A stretch of 64,000 nucleotides of DNA from an uncultured Chloroflexia bacterium. Lineage in GTDB: Bacteria > Chloroflexota > Anaerolineae > Anaerolineales > Villigracilaceae. Within the stretch, counting starts at the first letter, position 1. Every line of letters starts with the position of its first letter. The DNA lies in the NCBI GenBank assembly GCA_963840265.1, contig CAWIYA010000002.1, positions 612,289-676,288 on the forward strand, read 5' to 3'. The notes below the pieces were generated by a model. That model ran no database searches. It was not told the origin of the DNA and worked only from the letters and a program-made list of their open reading frames with translations. A program made the translations under genes and the position numbers. Positions 34,027 to 43,019 of this stretch are shown piece after piece.

Positions 34027-34780
34027 GCACCAAGTGCTTCATAATTAGCAGCACTGTGCTAGGATCTTCAACTGCGAATATGCCTTCATCAAGCCAGAAA
34101 CCGACTGCTCCAAGCTGCAGGGCTTCTGCGAGAATGGGTTGATTAGATTCCAGGCTGACAGTTCTGACCCATACCGGCAGGCCGCTGCACATGGCTTGGA
34201 TGGTCTTAAAGGATTGCGCTTCAGGCCAGGGAATGATGATGCCATCGGCACCGCCCTCAAGAGCATAAGAGACGCCCAGTTCGATGGCTTTTTTCATCAG
34301 GACTATACGCGGACCAACAGGCTGGACGTCCACCAGCAACGGCATGCCAATCTTGAGCCCGTCCAACGCCAAATTGACCACCTCCTGAATACAACGGGCT
34401 TCTATCTCCTCCTCATGACCAAGGATAAAATGCATCACCAGGGCGTTAGCGCCAAGGTCCAAGGCATCCGCGGGGTTGAGAAGTGGAATATATTGGATCA
34501 TTTCAGGCGGCAGGACGAAGTCAGTCCCACGCAGGGCATTGGTCCAATCTGCACGAATAAGGAGAGCGGCTTCCTGTCGAGTCCGAGTTCCCAGTTTACG
34601 CGCCTGCCCGGGACTGGTGACGATCCCATCCAAAAACGGCAATAACGGGCGGACAGATTCTTCGAAATGTTCCAATCCTGGAAGTACACCCAGAACCAAA
34701 CCATTGCTGGTATCCAAAACCAGGCTGTGCCCATCTGAAGAATTAAGCAACTCATTCAAGCGGTATTGTTTACTATTCAT
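34007..34780 (-). CDS. DhnA-type aldolase-like protein lacking the Schiff-base lysine (probably non-catalytic paralogue)
   Basis: 257 aa, colinear with the aldolase domain of 32701..34026. It reads GADGIIIPWP where the neighbour has GADALKIPYTG, and LDTSNG where the neighbour has AADHG. It overlaps the neighbour by 20 nt. Confidence 0.6.
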   Translation of the reverse strand: MNSKQYRLNELLNSSDGHSLVLDTSNGLVLGVLPGLEHFEESVRPLLPFLDGIVTSPGQARKLGTRTRQEAALLIRADWTNALRGTDFVLPPEMIQYIPLLNPADALDLGANALVMHFILGHEEEIEARCIQEVVNLALDGLKIGMPLLVDVQPVGPRIVLMKKAIELGVSYALEGGADGIIIPWPEAQSFKTIQAMCSGLPVWVRTVSLESNQPILAEALQLGAVGFWLDEGIFAVEDPSTVLLIMKHLVHAHEVS

Positions 34781-36060
34781 ACTTCTCCTCGCAAATAGGG
34801 AATCGTTTGCGGTCCTTCAGGAATGACACATATACGAGCCTGCGAACCGTACTTCGCTTGCAATTGTAAGACAGTTTGCTCAATGTTTCGAGTGGGTATG
34901 AACAACGCCTGCTCGATCTGCCGGTCTGTCAGACCATCACTGTAAACGTACACATCTGCCCGGTGTTGAATTTGAGCCTGGATTTGCACTTGCCACTGGT
35001 CCTGTTCACAGAACCCGGGAATGGAGATCATGTCAATCACACCTTGCGGGGAGCCAGCCTTAACCAGCAAGGCTGCATACCGCCCGTGATTGGGTAAACC
35101 GTCCTCGCAGGCTGCCGCCATTAGAATACTTCCCGCGTCTCGAACGATCTGGTTTGCAGCACTCATGCCTTTCACGGATTGATAAAGATTTTGATCCAAT
35201 GGATAGCCACTATTGGTGGTTATCACAATATCGTAAGGTTTGTCCACCGCGCGCATGGCGTTCTCTCTCACAAATGCGCAACCCTCTGCATGAGCGGAAA
35301 GCATGTCGCCTGCAAAGATGCCAGTAATCTCGCGTTTAACATTGAGGGACACATTCAGCAGGAAGGATGGATTTGTGCGCAATGCCACGGCGCGCATTTC
35401 CTCCCAGATGGGATTCCCTACAAGAACTCCCCAGGTCGCCTTGGGGTGAGCGATCATTTCAAGCCCGTGATTGGTAAAGACACTCTCTGCTCCCGAAAGC
35501 GAGGGAATTACAGCCTTGGGTCCGCCGCTAAACCCGGCAAAAAAATGTGGTTCAATAAAGCCAGTCAGGATGCGAACATCAGCTTCAAGATATGAGCGAT
35601 TGATACGCACCGGATGTCCCAATGAAGTGTCCCCCAGATTAACAAGGTTAGTTTTATCGTTGCAGTCATGCTGGAGACAGCGGTACCCATCCACGATGCG
35701 ATCGCCGAGCATGGCGCGCAACTCGTCTTTGGTTTGCGGACGGTGCGTTCCCAGTCCATTCAACAGTGTGATGTTCTCCCGCGCAATTCCTGCCGACTCC
35801 AATTCAACGAGCAGGACGGGGAGGATGCGATCATTGGGGGTGGCGCGGGTGATGTCGGTATGAACCACCACAACCTGGTCGCCAGGTTTGACAAGTTCTG
35901 CCAAAGGAGGAGATCCAATCGGATTGCGCAAAGCTTCCTGCAGAGCCTCAATCTCATTGGGTAAACCTGGCAAGAAGCGCGGCGCCAAAACGTCCGTTGT
36001 GTCGGGGAGCGTTACGTTCAGACCATAGCGGCCATAAGCCAATTTAATATGCATTGCCAT
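34777..36060 (-). CDS. LarA-family (nickel-pincer cofactor dependent) 2-hydroxyacid racemase/epimerase homologue
   Basis: About 427 aa. It has a DUF2088-type N-terminus with NGLGTHRP and the FAGFSGGPKAV motif, which includes the Lys at the cofactor-tether position. The start is uncertain (36060, 36054 or 36099). Confidence 0.75.
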   Translation of the reverse strand: MAMHIKLAYGRYGLNVTLPDTTDVLAPRFLPGLPNEIEALQEALRNPIGSPPLAELVKPGDQVVVVHTDITRATPNDRILPVLLVELESAGIARENITLLNGLGTHRPQTKDELRAMLGDRIVDGYRCLQHDCNDKTNLVNLGDTSLGHPVRINRSYLEADVRILTGFIEPHFFAGFSGGPKAVIPSLSGAESVFTNHGLEMIAHPKATWGVLVGNPIWEEMRAVALRTNPSFLLNVSLNVKREITGIFAGDMLSAHAEGCAFVRENAMRAVDKPYDIVITTNSGYPLDQNLYQSVKGMSAANQIVRDAGSILMAAACEDGLPNHGRYAALLVKAGSPQGVIDMISIPGFCEQDQWQVQIQAQIQHRADVYVYSDGLTDRQIEQALFIPTRNIEQTVLQLQAKYGSQARICVIPEGPQTIPYLRGEV

Positions 36061-36120
36061 TAAATGGGACACGGATTGGCATGGACCATCATCGCACAAT
36101 CCGTGTCCAGGGTTCCAAAC

Positions 36121-37047
36121 TTAAAATGCCCGGTCAACAAACTCACGGGTATGAACGTTTACGGGGACCTTCATCAACTCAAGAACTCCGCGGGCTGTAT
36201 GTTCCGAAAGCCGGCGAAAAGCTTCTTCGCCTTTCTCCTTGGTGGCGCGCAACGGGTTGCCAATCACGCCGCTCTCGATGAATTCGTGGTGATCCATTGG
36301 GAAAGCAAAGTACTTATAGCCATCAAATTCCACGTCGGGCATGCCGTCTTTTTTCTCGAATGACCTGGGCAGGAATTCCGGGACATGCGCCTTGGTAAAA
36401 TTGGCGCGATCCATACGGACAAATCTCTCATTCCAAGCAAGGTCCTGGGAAGTTTCAAGTTCGCTCGAGTGCCAACCGGGGGTCTCCTCAGGGGGGTTTT
36501 CCATTAATCCTGCAAGAATACCTACATAATTCTCCATATATGGTTTAACAAAGCCAATCAGCGCACCGGTCTCATAGCGCAGTTTGCGCAGGATCGGATC
36601 GACCACTTTAACGTTGGAACCATGACCATTGACAAAGATGATGCGGTTGAAGCCATGATGGATCAGGCTTCGCCCAACATCGTACAGCAGGTTCAACAAG
36701 GTACTGCTGCGCAAGGTGATGGTGCCGCGTCCCATCCCGGGTCTATGCATGTGCTGCGGCGAATAGCCTGTCCAGATGGGCGGGGAATGCAACACTCCAA
36801 TCATCTCCGACACACGGCAGGAAATTTCAATGGCGGTAATTGTATCGGTGTAGATCGGGAGGTGTTGTCCGTGCTGCTCAAAGCTGGCCATCGGCACCAG
36901 GATCGTATCTTTTGTTTTAAGATATTCCTGGATATCAACGTAGGTCAGGTCGCCCAATTCCCACGAAAGGAATTTCTTGCGAAATTCTTCATCTCCTTCG
37001 GTTAGGTGGGGAATATCTCTGTAGTCGCGTCCATTTCCAGTTAACAT
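36121..37047 (-). CDS. creatininase-family metal-dependent amidohydrolase
   Basis: 308 aa. Motifs: EQHGQHLPIYTD, FVNGHGSN and HSSELETS. Confidence 0.75.
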   Translation of the reverse strand: MLTGNGRDYRDIPHLTEGDEEFRKKFLSWELGDLTYVDIQEYLKTKDTILVPMASFEQHGQHLPIYTDTITAIEISCRVSEMIGVLHSPPIWTGYSPQHMHRPGMGRGTITLRSSTLLNLLYDVGRSLIHHGFNRIIFVNGHGSNVKVVDPILRKLRYETGALIGFVKPYMENYVGILAGLMENPPEETPGWHSSELETSQDLAWNERFVRMDRANFTKAHVPEFLPRSFEKKDGMPDVEFDGYKYFAFPMDHHEFIESGVIGNPLRATKEKGEEAFRRLSEHTARGVLELMKVPVNVHTREFVDRAF

Positions 37048-37050
37048 TTT

Positions 37051-38289
37051 TTACTCCTTGCTCATAAGATCCATGAACAGGTCAGCGACCTCGATTCCGA
37101 ATTTGGGATCGTTGACATGGCGTTCGTAGGTAAGAATTGGGATGTCTTTCCGGATCCCACTGCGCAGCGTTTCCAGGAAGGCCGCGTCAGCTTCCGGATT
37201 CCAGAAAACGCCACCTGGAACATTGGGGATGGAGAGTCCCTTGGTGGGAACGGCGATACGAAGCGGTCCTTTAGCCAGGTTCAACCGTTCGGTAAAAAGG
37301 CGGCCGAGGGCGATCATTTCTGCATGGGTGGCACGCACGAGCGTGTACTCAGGATTGTGGTCATACACCGGGCGCCCTTGTAATGCGGGGGGAATTGCAC
37401 CCGCGTGGAATACGCAGAAGTCAATACAGCCTGGAACAACGACCTGCGGCAATCCCAGAAGACCAATCCGCTTGAGGCGGTCAGGACCGCCATCATGAAT
37501 TCCACCATTCATGGGATCGAATGTTTCATTGGTGGTGAAGTCTATCACGCCGACAAAATGACCGGTTTCTGCCAGTTCTTCCATGGCCCGGCCACCCACA
37601 CCGTTAGAGTGGAAGATGACAGCTTCGTATCCGTGTTCGGCCAAACGATCTTTGAGCGCCATCACAGACCTGGTGGTATTGCCCAGCATGGTTACGGCTA
37701 CATACTTTTCACCCGGGACAGGCTCCGGCAACCTGTGACCGTGTTGGACCATGCCCTTGAGGGCGGCAGCGACATTATCAAAGATCGTAGTAGCGATCGG
37801 ATTCAACCCTAGAATATCCACAATAGAGTGAACGACCATGATATCGCTTGTGCCAACCATGGGGTCGAAGTAATGCTTTCCAGAAGCGATCGGGGAAACC
37901 AACACCTTGGGTACGCCGACTGGGAGCTGCATCATGGCGGCTGAACCCATTACAGCTCCTTCCGCACCACCCATGCTTACAATGGCGTCCAGTTTGCCCT
38001 GAGAGAAAAACTCCAGGGTCAATTTTTTGAGGGCAGTGCGCATCCCTTCAACGGCCTTCCCGCGACTTCCGGCATTGCGGAGTGCCTCGATCGTCGTACC
38101 TGCATAACGAGCAGCTTCGGCATGGCTGATATCGCGACCCTTTTCCAGGACGATACCAATAGGTTCGCCTAGAATGCCCGAATCAACCACAATCGTTTCC
38201 AGGTCGAGGGCTTGCAAGCGGTCGCGCAGATAGGCAATCTCTGGTCCTTTAGTGTCCAGAGTGCCAATGATCATAACTTTTTTGCCCAT
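37051..38289 (-). CDS. Tm-1-like ATP-binding protein (UPF0261 family), copy 2, with no PEP-hydrolase-like partner
   Basis: 412 aa. It has VMIIGTLDTKGPEIAYLRD and MGGAEGAV. Its stop lies 3 nt before the creatininase-like gene. Confidence 0.75.
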   Translation of the reverse strand: MGKKVMIIGTLDTKGPEIAYLRDRLQALDLETIVVDSGILGEPIGIVLEKGRDISHAEAARYAGTTIEALRNAGSRGKAVEGMRTALKKLTLEFFSQGKLDAIVSMGGAEGAVMGSAAMMQLPVGVPKVLVSPIASGKHYFDPMVGTSDIMVVHSIVDILGLNPIATTIFDNVAAALKGMVQHGHRLPEPVPGEKYVAVTMLGNTTRSVMALKDRLAEHGYEAVIFHSNGVGGRAMEELAETGHFVGVIDFTTNETFDPMNGGIHDGGPDRLKRIGLLGLPQVVVPGCIDFCVFHAGAIPPALQGRPVYDHNPEYTLVRATHAEMIALGRLFTERLNLAKGPLRIAVPTKGLSIPNVPGGVFWNPEADAAFLETLRSGIRKDIPILTYERHVNDPKFGIEVADLFMDLMSKE

Positions 38290-38348
38290 TTAATACCTCA
38301 AAGAGGCAGGAATGGCAAACATCCACCCCTGCCCCGGGGTTGCAGCAA

Positions 38349-39236
38349 CTATTTAATTATTGGGAGAAGAGTTTCCGATGTCTTGGCGACCAACCAATCA
38401 TAGTATTCTTCGGACAACAGGTTGGATCCGTGTTCCTGAATGAACTTAAACTGTTCAGGACTAATGTCGACTGGATTCTTCTCAATGGCATTCGGGTATT
38501 GATTCGCGGGGGTGCGATCGATCGGAGCGACAAACTCTACGGTCAATGCGCCGTCATAGCCGATCGTCTTGAGCGTGCCGACCAACTTCAACCAGTCCCA
38601 ATGGCCCATGCCGGGTGCCATGCGATTGCTATCAGCAACGTGAAAATCCACCAACCTGCCCTTGGCAGACCGGATCGCCTCAAAAGGATCCGCTTCCTCG
38701 ATATTGAGGTGGAAGGCATCCAGGCATACACCGCACTCAGGACCAACCGCTTTCGCCAAGGCAAGGGCCTGGGCGGCGCGCGAGCAGAAATATGTCTCGA
38801 AGCGGTTGAGCGGTTCAAGTGCCAGTTTCACACCGGCCTTGGAGGCATGATCCTGGACTTCCTTCAAACTTTCCACTGCCCACTTCCATTCTTCCTCGGG
38901 GGTGGCCTCAGGATTGATCTTGCCGACCGTGCAGGGGACGATGGTGAGTTCATAACCTTCCATGTCCTTTACCAGGGTCACGCAGTCCTTGGTATATTTC
39001 ACAGAGTTCGCCCGCTGGGCTGGGTCCTTGGCAAGCAGGTTGCGGTCTTTGAGCATCAATGTCACCGCGCCCCAGCAGCGAATGTTGTTGTCTTTGAGGG
39101 TCTTTCGCAGTTCCTTGGCATTATAGATCTCCGGCTCGCCGCTGATCTCGATGCTCTCATAGCCGTACTTCTTGAGCCTGCGAATGGTGACCTCGGGCGA
39201 TTCAGCCCTCATCCAGTTGTGCATTGAGAGATGCAT
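38349..39236 (-). CDS. xylose isomerase-like TIM-barrel protein (sugar phosphate isomerase/epimerase family)
   Basis: 295 aa with an AP_endonuc_2-type pattern (LALEPLNRFE, DAFHLNIEE, HVADSNR). The equally long plus-strand ORF 38340..39227 is its antisense shadow. Confidence 0.8.
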   Translation of the reverse strand: MHLSMHNWMRAESPEVTIRRLKKYGYESIEISGEPEIYNAKELRKTLKDNNIRCWGAVTLMLKDRNLLAKDPAQRANSVKYTKDCVTLVKDMEGYELTIVPCTVGKINPEATPEEEWKWAVESLKEVQDHASKAGVKLALEPLNRFETYFCSRAAQALALAKAVGPECGVCLDAFHLNIEEADPFEAIRSAKGRLVDFHVADSNRMAPGMGHWDWLKLVGTLKTIGYDGALTVEFVAPIDRTPANQYPNAIEKNPVDISPEQFKFIQEHGSNLLSEEYYDWLVAKTSETLLPIIK

Positions 39237-39351
39237 TTCGTACCTCCTTTAAACAGAATGAATTTGGATAGGATGTAATCAAACTTAGTGTTACTCCACA
39301 ATTATGATAAAAACGCGGCATCCATAGATTTTGGAATGCCTCGCCTATATC

Positions 39352-40467
39352 CTAAGGCAGGTGGTCTTCCAACAACTCATATAGACCCTGGACGTGCAGT
39401 CCAAAGCGATCCGCATGGCGGTTAAGGTGCCTCAAGCAGCCTGGATCCTCGGTGATCAGGACCTGGGCGCCTGCTTGTTGAGCATCAGCCAGGCGCGCAT
39501 ATGTCAGGTGGTCGGAAATATGCGGGTTCAGGAACTGCAAACCACCATTTCCGCACGGATGGGCGCGCTCCTTGCGCCAGAACAGTTCATGACCAGCAGT
39601 GGACATCGCACTTGACAGCAAACGCCGCGGGGTGTCATAACGTGCTGGAATACGCAACGAATGAGTTGGATCAATATATGCGTATGGCATTTTTACATCA
39701 GAAGGTTTGAACTTAAGCGCACCAGCTTGATGTTTTTCATCCAGGAGTGAGATGACTTCCTGAAGTTCAACGCTAAGAGGCCATTCTACTTCCAACCGTT
39801 CGGTCAACAGTGTGGTGAAAGCGTAATAGTCACCGGGTGTAAGCACCAACATGCGGCGTGCGCCGCTGGTTTTAAGTTCATCCAATGTTGCCTGTACCAG
39901 CTTTTTAGCTGTTTCAGGGAAACCGAGAGAGGAAGGCAGGTAACCACTGCTGCGACCCACCCCAATCAACACGGGTTTGATTCCCACAGTATCGAGCAAC
40001 TTGAGTGCACTTTTCAAAGCGGAAGGCCAAAGATATTGGGCGTCATCGCCGACAAATAAAGCGATTTCTGCCTGACCGATAACTATATCGGGAGCACGCT
40101 TTTCGTATGGGTTGCCCCATTCCTGAATTGCCTTGTGAACATCATAGGCAGCGTCTGGGGCCAGGTTTTGAGAGGCAACATGGGCTCGGGTGAACGCGAT
40201 TGCATCAGGTAAAGGTTGATCAGTGACACAATGGGCGCGGCAGGTGCCGCAATCAGCGCAGGAATATAGCACATCCAGCGTATCCTGGTTCCAGGTTAAT
40301 CGGCCGCGTTGCACGGATGCTATGGTCAAGCCCCAACCATGCGGCGTGAGCGTTTCCCTGCGGGTGGCATGTCCCACAGGGCAGACATGGCGACACATCA
40401 AGCAGTAACGACAATTTTCAATAGTAGCGGTTGCTTTTTGTGATTGCATAATATTTTCTTTATTCAT
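39352..40467 (-). CDS. (Fe-S)-binding protein, GlcF/heterodisulfide-reductase-like
   Basis: 371 aa. It has CRYCLMCRHVCPV and CADCGTCRAHC, followed by a Cys-containing C-terminal domain. It abuts the FAD oxidase gene. Confidence 0.7.
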   Translation of the reverse strand: MNKENIMQSQKATATIENCRYCLMCRHVCPVGHATRRETLTPHGWGLTIASVQRGRLTWNQDTLDVLYSCADCGTCRAHCVTDQPLPDAIAFTRAHVASQNLAPDAAYDVHKAIQEWGNPYEKRAPDIVIGQAEIALFVGDDAQYLWPSALKSALKLLDTVGIKPVLIGVGRSSGYLPSSLGFPETAKKLVQATLDELKTSGARRMLVLTPGDYYAFTTLLTERLEVEWPLSVELQEVISLLDEKHQAGALKFKPSDVKMPYAYIDPTHSLRIPARYDTPRRLLSSAMSTAGHELFWRKERAHPCGNGGLQFLNPHISDHLTYARLADAQQAGAQVLITEDPGCLRHLNRHADRFGLHVQGLYELLEDHLP

Positions 40468-40468
40468 C

Positions 40469-41914
40469 CTAGAAACCGAAGCCGGTCTTCCCAGGGTTCA
40501 TGATACCGTTAGGATCGATCGTTTTCTTGATTTTCAGCAGCAGCGGCCAGGCTTCACCGTATTGCTTGCGCATGTACCGGGAAAGTTTTAGCCCAACACC
40601 ATGATGTTCGTTAATCATCCCACCATTCGCCATGACTGCCTGCATCGCCGCATTCCAGACCCGGTTGTGCAGTCGCAGGGCTTCCTGGGCGTCCTTCGGC
40701 GGTTCTTCGATGATGAACCTTGAGTAGACCATCACACCCCAGTGAAACCAGTGGGAGAAGTGGGCGATAAACTTCACATTCCAGTCAGCGAAACCTTCCT
40801 CCACCGCTTTCTTTTCAGCCCAATAGAGATTCTCTATCTTGTCAAAGGTAGTCACTGTCTCTGTCGTACCGTACATCCAGGGAAGCTTGAGGCTTTTGGG
40901 GGGATAATAAAAATCGTAACGGTGATCCCACCAGGCATCACCGGGATCGCGACCCAGGTCACGCCCTCCGAGTTGCTGACAATACTCCAGTGCTTTCTTT
41001 TCTTGAAGAGTGGCTATCTCCGGGTCACCATCGAAGCCCATCACCATGTATGCGCCGTCATATTCGTAACCCAGCACTTTTTTGACCTGGGAGATGGTTG
41101 ATTCGCGATCGTACAAGCGGATGACCAGCGGGTTTAGGCGGTGGGTCATGATAAGACGCCCGACTTCAAGCGCCTTATTTAGGTCATCAAACAGGACTGC
41201 CCGCATCAGGCGTGCTTCAGGCAAATAATCGAGCTGCATGGTGGCTTCAGTAATGATGCCGAAATTACCTTCCGCACCCAGAAAGAGACGGAACCAGTCC
41301 GGACCTGCAGCATGTTTCGGGACTGGCGGAGTACGGATGATTTCTCCGGTGGGCAGCACAACCTGCATGCTGAGCACCATATCCTCTGCCTTACCGTACT
41401 TGGTGCTGAGCGTGCCGGTGCCTCTGGGTGCCAACGCACCTCCCAAGGTTGCGCAATTGCTCGAGGCTGCGTAGTGGGGCAGCATGAAGCCTTTTTCGTT
41501 TAATGCCCATTCGAGTTGGGCGATAATGATGCCTGCCTGTGCAGTTACTGTAAGCGATTTCTCATCGATGGCAATGATCTTGTCCATGCGTTTTGTATCG
41601 ATGAGGATCCCACCGAAAATGGGTAAAGCGCCACCCTGGGTGCCTGAACCTCCCCCCCAAGGTATGACAGGGATACGATACTTGTTGGCGACCTCCAGTA
41701 TCTCGGCAATCTCTTCAGCTGAACTCGGATGAACAATGTAATCCGGCGGCCTAAGCTGTTGACCTCGATCCAACCACATCTGAGGCATCCAAGCCCAGTC
41801 GGTTGAATATATGAACTTATCGCTTTCTGCATCCGAAACAAAATCAGGACCGACGATCTCGCTTAATTCACTACGGATCATCTCAGATAGGAACAGATTA
41901 TTTTCCATGATCAA
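40469..41914 (-). CDS. FAD-linked oxidase (GlcD / D-lactate dehydrogenase / alkyl-DHAP-synthase-like)
   Basis: 481 aa. It has an FAD_binding_4-type motif VIPWGGGSGTQGG and a C-terminal HHGVG motif. Confidence 0.8.
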   Translation of the reverse strand: MIMENNLFLSEMIRSELSEIVGPDFVSDAESDKFIYSTDWAWMPQMWLDRGQQLRPPDYIVHPSSAEEIAEILEVANKYRIPVIPWGGGSGTQGGALPIFGGILIDTKRMDKIIAIDEKSLTVTAQAGIIIAQLEWALNEKGFMLPHYAASSNCATLGGALAPRGTGTLSTKYGKAEDMVLSMQVVLPTGEIIRTPPVPKHAAGPDWFRLFLGAEGNFGIITEATMQLDYLPEARLMRAVLFDDLNKALEVGRLIMTHRLNPLVIRLYDRESTISQVKKVLGYEYDGAYMVMGFDGDPEIATLQEKKALEYCQQLGGRDLGRDPGDAWWDHRYDFYYPPKSLKLPWMYGTTETVTTFDKIENLYWAEKKAVEEGFADWNVKFIAHFSHWFHWGVMVYSRFIIEEPPKDAQEALRLHNRVWNAAMQAVMANGGMINEHHGVGLKLSRYMRKQYGEAWPLLLKIKKTIDPNGIMNPGKTGFGF

Positions 41915-42948
41915 TGGGTGCCCATCAAGGTGTTAATAATGAACCAGTCAAGTTCTTCATAATCGCGGGATGAGATCAATTCTTTATACTTCGTGTGATC
42001 CAGGGAGCGTACCACTTCCACAAGGCGCAGGAAGATTTGCAGGCTATTACGCAAGTGCTTGGTGGCAACTTCGACCGGCTGCGTGCGAATCGCCTTCACA
42101 TCCATACCAACCATGCCTTTTTCGAAAAACCGGTTGCCATCCAGGACACGGACTTCGTTGAATGCCCGCCGAAGGTCCACCGAACCAAAGGAACGATCCT
42201 GATCGTATTTAAGACCGTTTTGATCATTCAGGTGAACACTCCATAATTTGTCAAAAGCCAGACCAAAGGCCATTTCATCGGACGGATCCAAACCAGCAAG
42301 GATCGCATGGGCCAATTCGACCAGGCAGCCGACGCGCTCCGGATGATCTGATTGAGAACCCAGTGCCAAAGCATGCCCGATGGTGGGGAGATAGGCCATA
42401 TCCATGGGCTCATTCGGTTTGGTCTCAATGGCAATACGCAAATCCTTATCGTAATCCAGCAAGGTGTTAACAGCTGCTAGCAGGTGGTGGGCAGCCTGTG
42501 AGGCGTCTTTTGCCTCGCGCATGTAGGTGCCTTCGCGCGCCAACCAGAGTACCATCAGGTTACAGCCCACTTCCCGGGCGATATCGGCTGCCTTTTTGGA
42601 ACGATCAATGGCATACTTGCGCATTTTTGGATCGTTGGCAGTATAAGCGCCGTCAACAGTATTCGGGGATTCCCATAGGCGTGGCGCTACGAATTCTGCC
42701 ACCAGGCCATTATCCGTCAGCTTGGCACGGATTGCCCGAGCCTGCTTGGTGATCTCTGCCGGAGAGAATTTATCCAGATTGGGAACCACATCATCGTCGT
42801 GAAATTGCATGGCGTCGTAGCCAATTCCCTTGAGAATCTCCACTTTTTTATCAAATTGAACAGCAGGCCGGACAGTTGGCCCAAAGGGGTCAGCACCCTC
42901 ATGAATATTCCACGGCCCAAAAGAGAAGCGGTAACCAAATTTTTCCAT
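41911..42948 (-). CDS. divergent xylose isomerase-family paralogue
   Basis: 345 aa, colinear with the xylA in this window (FSFGPWNIHEGADPFG, FHDDDVVP, IETKPNEP, ELAHAILAG, HLNDQ, YDQDRSFG). It is shorter, and some metal and active-site positions are changed. Confidence 0.7.
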   Translation of the reverse strand: MEKFGYRFSFGPWNIHEGADPFGPTVRPAVQFDKKVEILKGIGYDAMQFHDDDVVPNLDKFSPAEITKQARAIRAKLTDNGLVAEFVAPRLWESPNTVDGAYTANDPKMRKYAIDRSKKAADIAREVGCNLMVLWLAREGTYMREAKDASQAAHHLLAAVNTLLDYDKDLRIAIETKPNEPMDMAYLPTIGHALALGSQSDHPERVGCLVELAHAILAGLDPSDEMAFGLAFDKLWSVHLNDQNGLKYDQDRSFGSVDLRRAFNEVRVLDGNRFFEKGMVGMDVKAIRTQPVEVATKHLRNSLQIFLRLVEVVRSLDHTKYKELISSRDYEELDWFIINTLMGTH

Positions 42949-43019
42949 CTTAGCTCCTACTCCGGAATTTCCGGAACAAAACGAAGAATTTAATTTCCAG
43001 GGAAAATCACATCACGTTT

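Noticed and set aside
38340-39227. A 295-aa plus-strand ORF exactly mirroring the minus-strand TIM-barrel gene 38349..39236.
   Set aside because: It is an antisense shadow ORF. Its product is low-complexity (Gly/Arg/Leu-rich) with no motifs, whereas the minus-strand product has clear xylose-isomerase-like TIM motifs and an RBS.
39265-39274. A 10-nt identity (ATCCTATCCA in gene sense) with box copy B, 30 nt upstream of the TIM-barrel gene 38349..39236.
   Set aside because: Only the left half-box is present, with no GGACAG half and no hairpin. I do not count it as a copy, though it could be a half-site.
42961-42975. A perfect 7-1-7 palindrome TCCGGAA-T-TTCCGGA, 13 nt upstream of the xylose-isomerase paralogue start. 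Six-bp-arm palindromes also occur at 58764..58793 upstream of the ROK gene.
   Set aside because: Arms this short are expected several times by chance in this window once spacer length is allowed to vary. They may be operators, but the sequence alone does not support that.
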